DNA of 17,679 nt from an uncultured bacterium (lineage in GTDB: Bacteria > Lernaellota > Lernaellaia > Lernaellales > Lernaellaceae). This document shows, piece by piece, positions 16,133 through 17,679 of this stretch. The stretch is taken from assembly GCA_964534375.1 (NCBI GenBank), contig CAZHPN010000133.1, forward strand, positions 1-17,679, read 5' to 3'. The notes under the pieces were generated by a model. It had not been told where the DNA came from. It was given only the letters and a program-made list of their open reading frames with translations, and searched no databases. A program made the position numbers and the translations under genes. Each line of letters opens with the position of its first letter. The stretch's first letter is position 1.

Positions 16133-17236
16133 TCAGTCCGGCGCGTCCACGCGTGCGAACAGCCGTTCGAGCTTGTCGCGGACCGCGATGAAATTGACCC
16201 GTTCGGCGGCGGGAATCTCGGCCCGGTTGGACTCGTGCAACTCCAGCGGGCTGACGGCCTGCGGCGGCGCGTCGCCGCTCTGGCGAAAGGTGCGGTAGAG
16301 GAAACCTGTGCCCTTGGCGCGGCCGGTGTCGCCGGCCAGCCCGACGATGTCGCCGGCGGCGAGGGTCGCCCCCTCGGCCGTTTTTTCGCCGAGCATGTCC
16401 AGATGGGCGAACCAGGCGAGCGCGTCGTTCTCGGAATAGCGGACCTCGACGCTGCGGCCCAGCGCCGGCATATCCCAATTCACGCGCAGCACGCGGCCGG
16501 CAAAGGGCAGAATGACATTGGTGTTGCGCGGCACGTCGAAATAGAGGCCCTGCGCGCCCAGGCTTTCCACGGACGCGTGTTCCATGTCGGCCGGGGCGAG
16601 CGGCGGCTGCTCCATCGTCTCGGCGATGCAGGCGCCCGTTTCGTCGTAGTAGGGCGACGGCGTTTTCTGGACCTGCGGATAATAGATGAAAAACTGCGGC
16701 CGGCCGTCGCGGCCGTGCTGCCGCCAGAAGCCGTACAACGGCACGCGTTCGGCGCGCGCCGCCGGGTTGAAGGCGATCTTGATCAATTCTTCGCGACGAA
16801 AGTCGCGCTTCGGGTCGAGCTGCCAGCGCAGGGCGCGCAGCAGGCGTTCGGCCACCGTGCCCGCGTTCTCCTTGTATTCGTCCGGCAGCGCGTCGCGGAT
16901 CGACGCGGTCACGCCGCCCTTGAACCGAAACGCCAAGGCGCAGACGTCGCCCTCGACCGCGAACCAACGCAACGCTTGCGGCGTCGGCTCGGGCGACGCG
17001 GCGGCCGGGCCGACCGTGGCCGCGGGCGCGGCGGCTGCGGCGGCCGACGGGCGGACCTTGGCCGGGCGGGCGGTCCGCCAGCGCGGCGCAAGAAAGACAG
17101 TCGCCAGCACGGCGACGCCGAAAAGCGCGGCGAGCGCGACAACGTGCAACGCAAATTGTTCGGGCCGAGGATCGGGGCGGTTCCGTTTCGCGGGCCGGCG
17201 ACGCGGCAGGCCCGACGGCGGGTCGAGCTCAGACAT
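16133..17236 (-). CDS. Membrane-anchored M23/LytM-domain protein with degenerate Zn ligands
   Basis: N-terminal TM and Ala/Pro linker. C-terminal M23 scaffold: G..F.VPRNTNVILPFAGRV, GRSVEV, AWFAHL, GATLAAGDIVGLAGDTGRA and VSPLE. The HxxxD and HxH motifs are missing. Confidence 0.85.
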   Translation of the reverse strand: MSELDPPSGLPRRRPAKRNRPDPRPEQFALHVVALAALFGVAVLATVFLAPRWRTARPAKVRPSAAAAAAPAATVGPAAASPEPTPQALRWFAVEGDVCALAFRFKGGVTASIRDALPDEYKENAGTVAERLLRALRWQLDPKRDFRREELIKIAFNPAARAERVPLYGFWRQHGRDGRPQFFIYYPQVQKTPSPYYDETGACIAETMEQPPLAPADMEHASVESLGAQGLYFDVPRNTNVILPFAGRVLRVNWDMPALGRSVEVRYSENDALAWFAHLDMLGEKTAEGATLAAGDIVGLAGDTGRAKGTGFLYRTFRQSGDAPPQAVSPLELHESNRAEIPAAERVNFIAVRDKLERLFARVDAPD

Positions 17237-17678
17237 GCAGGGTTCCGGCGTCGTTGCGGCGGATGCGCAGCAGCGCGCTGCCGTGCGCCGGGATCGGGCC
17301 GACGCGCATCAGGCCGTCTTGTTGCAGCACCGGCCGCTTCTGCCACACGTCGACGATCTCCTCGACCTTCGCCAAATCGTCGGGCGAGAGAAATTCTTTC
17401 AGGTCGAGCACGGGCGAAATCGCACGCCGGCCGTAATTGATGACCTGCAGCAGCCAGCCGTCGGTCGCGCGCGCCACGAGGCGGGTCGGGAATTCGCCGG
17501 CGTCGAAGTCGAGCGGCCGCATCTCCGCGCCGCGGTGGGCGAGCGCGGACTTGACCAATTCGAGGCGCTCCGGCGGATATTCGGTCATGTCGTCGCTGAG
17601 CAGGAACATGCCGCCGGAGACGGCCGCGAGCGAGGCGAAGGTCTGAATTTCCGGCAGCGTCAGCTTGTTTTTCTTGGC
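17229..17678 (-). CDS. 5'-partial gene: C-terminus of a probable GH36 alpha-galactosidase
   Basis: The frame is open to the window edge and reads AKKNKLTLPEIQTFASLAAVSGGMFLLSDDMTEYPPERLELVK. This matches the LT..E......A.SGG...SDD.....ERL segment that follows the DPD acid/base motif in GH36/GH27-clan enzymes. A beta-rich tail follows, with an 8-nt overlap with the M23 gene. The catalytic residues lie outside the window. Confidence 0.65.
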   Translation of the reverse strand, partial: AKKNKLTLPEIQTFASLAAVSGGMFLLSDDMTEYPPERLELVKSALAHRGAEMRPLDFDAGEFPTRLVARATDGWLLQVINYGRRAISPVLDLKEFLSPDDLAKVEEIVDVWQKRPVLQQDGLMRVGPIPAHGSALLRIRRNDAGTLHV

Positions 17679-17679
17679 G

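Noticed and set aside
16023..16967. 509-aa ORF 15438..16967 as a single gene or frameshift fusion
   Set aside because: The upstream part is an Arg/Gly/Ala-rich shadow frame of the M23 gene. The real protein starts at the signal peptide at 16022.

Overview
GC-rich bacterial chromosomal window. Gene style and order resemble Deltaproteobacteria-like lineages (inference only). Left part: a 5'-truncated FGE-sulfatase/CLec-fold protein with a long Asp/Asn linker, a small pentapeptide-repeat protein with a C-terminal anchor, and a stand-alone type IVa pilin with a clear sigma54 promoter and terminator. Next come a GxGYxYP-family lipoprotein with a second Asp-rich linker, an orphan Cache-HAMP-HisKA_3 sensor kinase, a hypothetical protein and a GT-C-like membrane protein. 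Middle: the conserved phoH(ybeZ)-7TM-HD(pgpH-like)-ybeY-corC operon, followed by an AftB-like GT-C glycosyltransferase where lnt often sits. Right part (minus strand): the C-terminus of a probable GH36 alpha-galactosidase, a degenerate M23/LytM protein and a Cys-rich lipoprotein. No rRNA, tRNA, CRISPR array, transposase or integrase was seen. Best leads: an ApbE-type flavinylation motif (DAVTGAS) in the kinase's periplasmic loop, an aromatic-rich disulfide-less pilin, two GT-C enzymes near a Ser/Thr-rich pilin, a catalytically dead M23, and small REP/MITE-like inverted repeats. All calls come from reading motifs by eye; no database searches were run.
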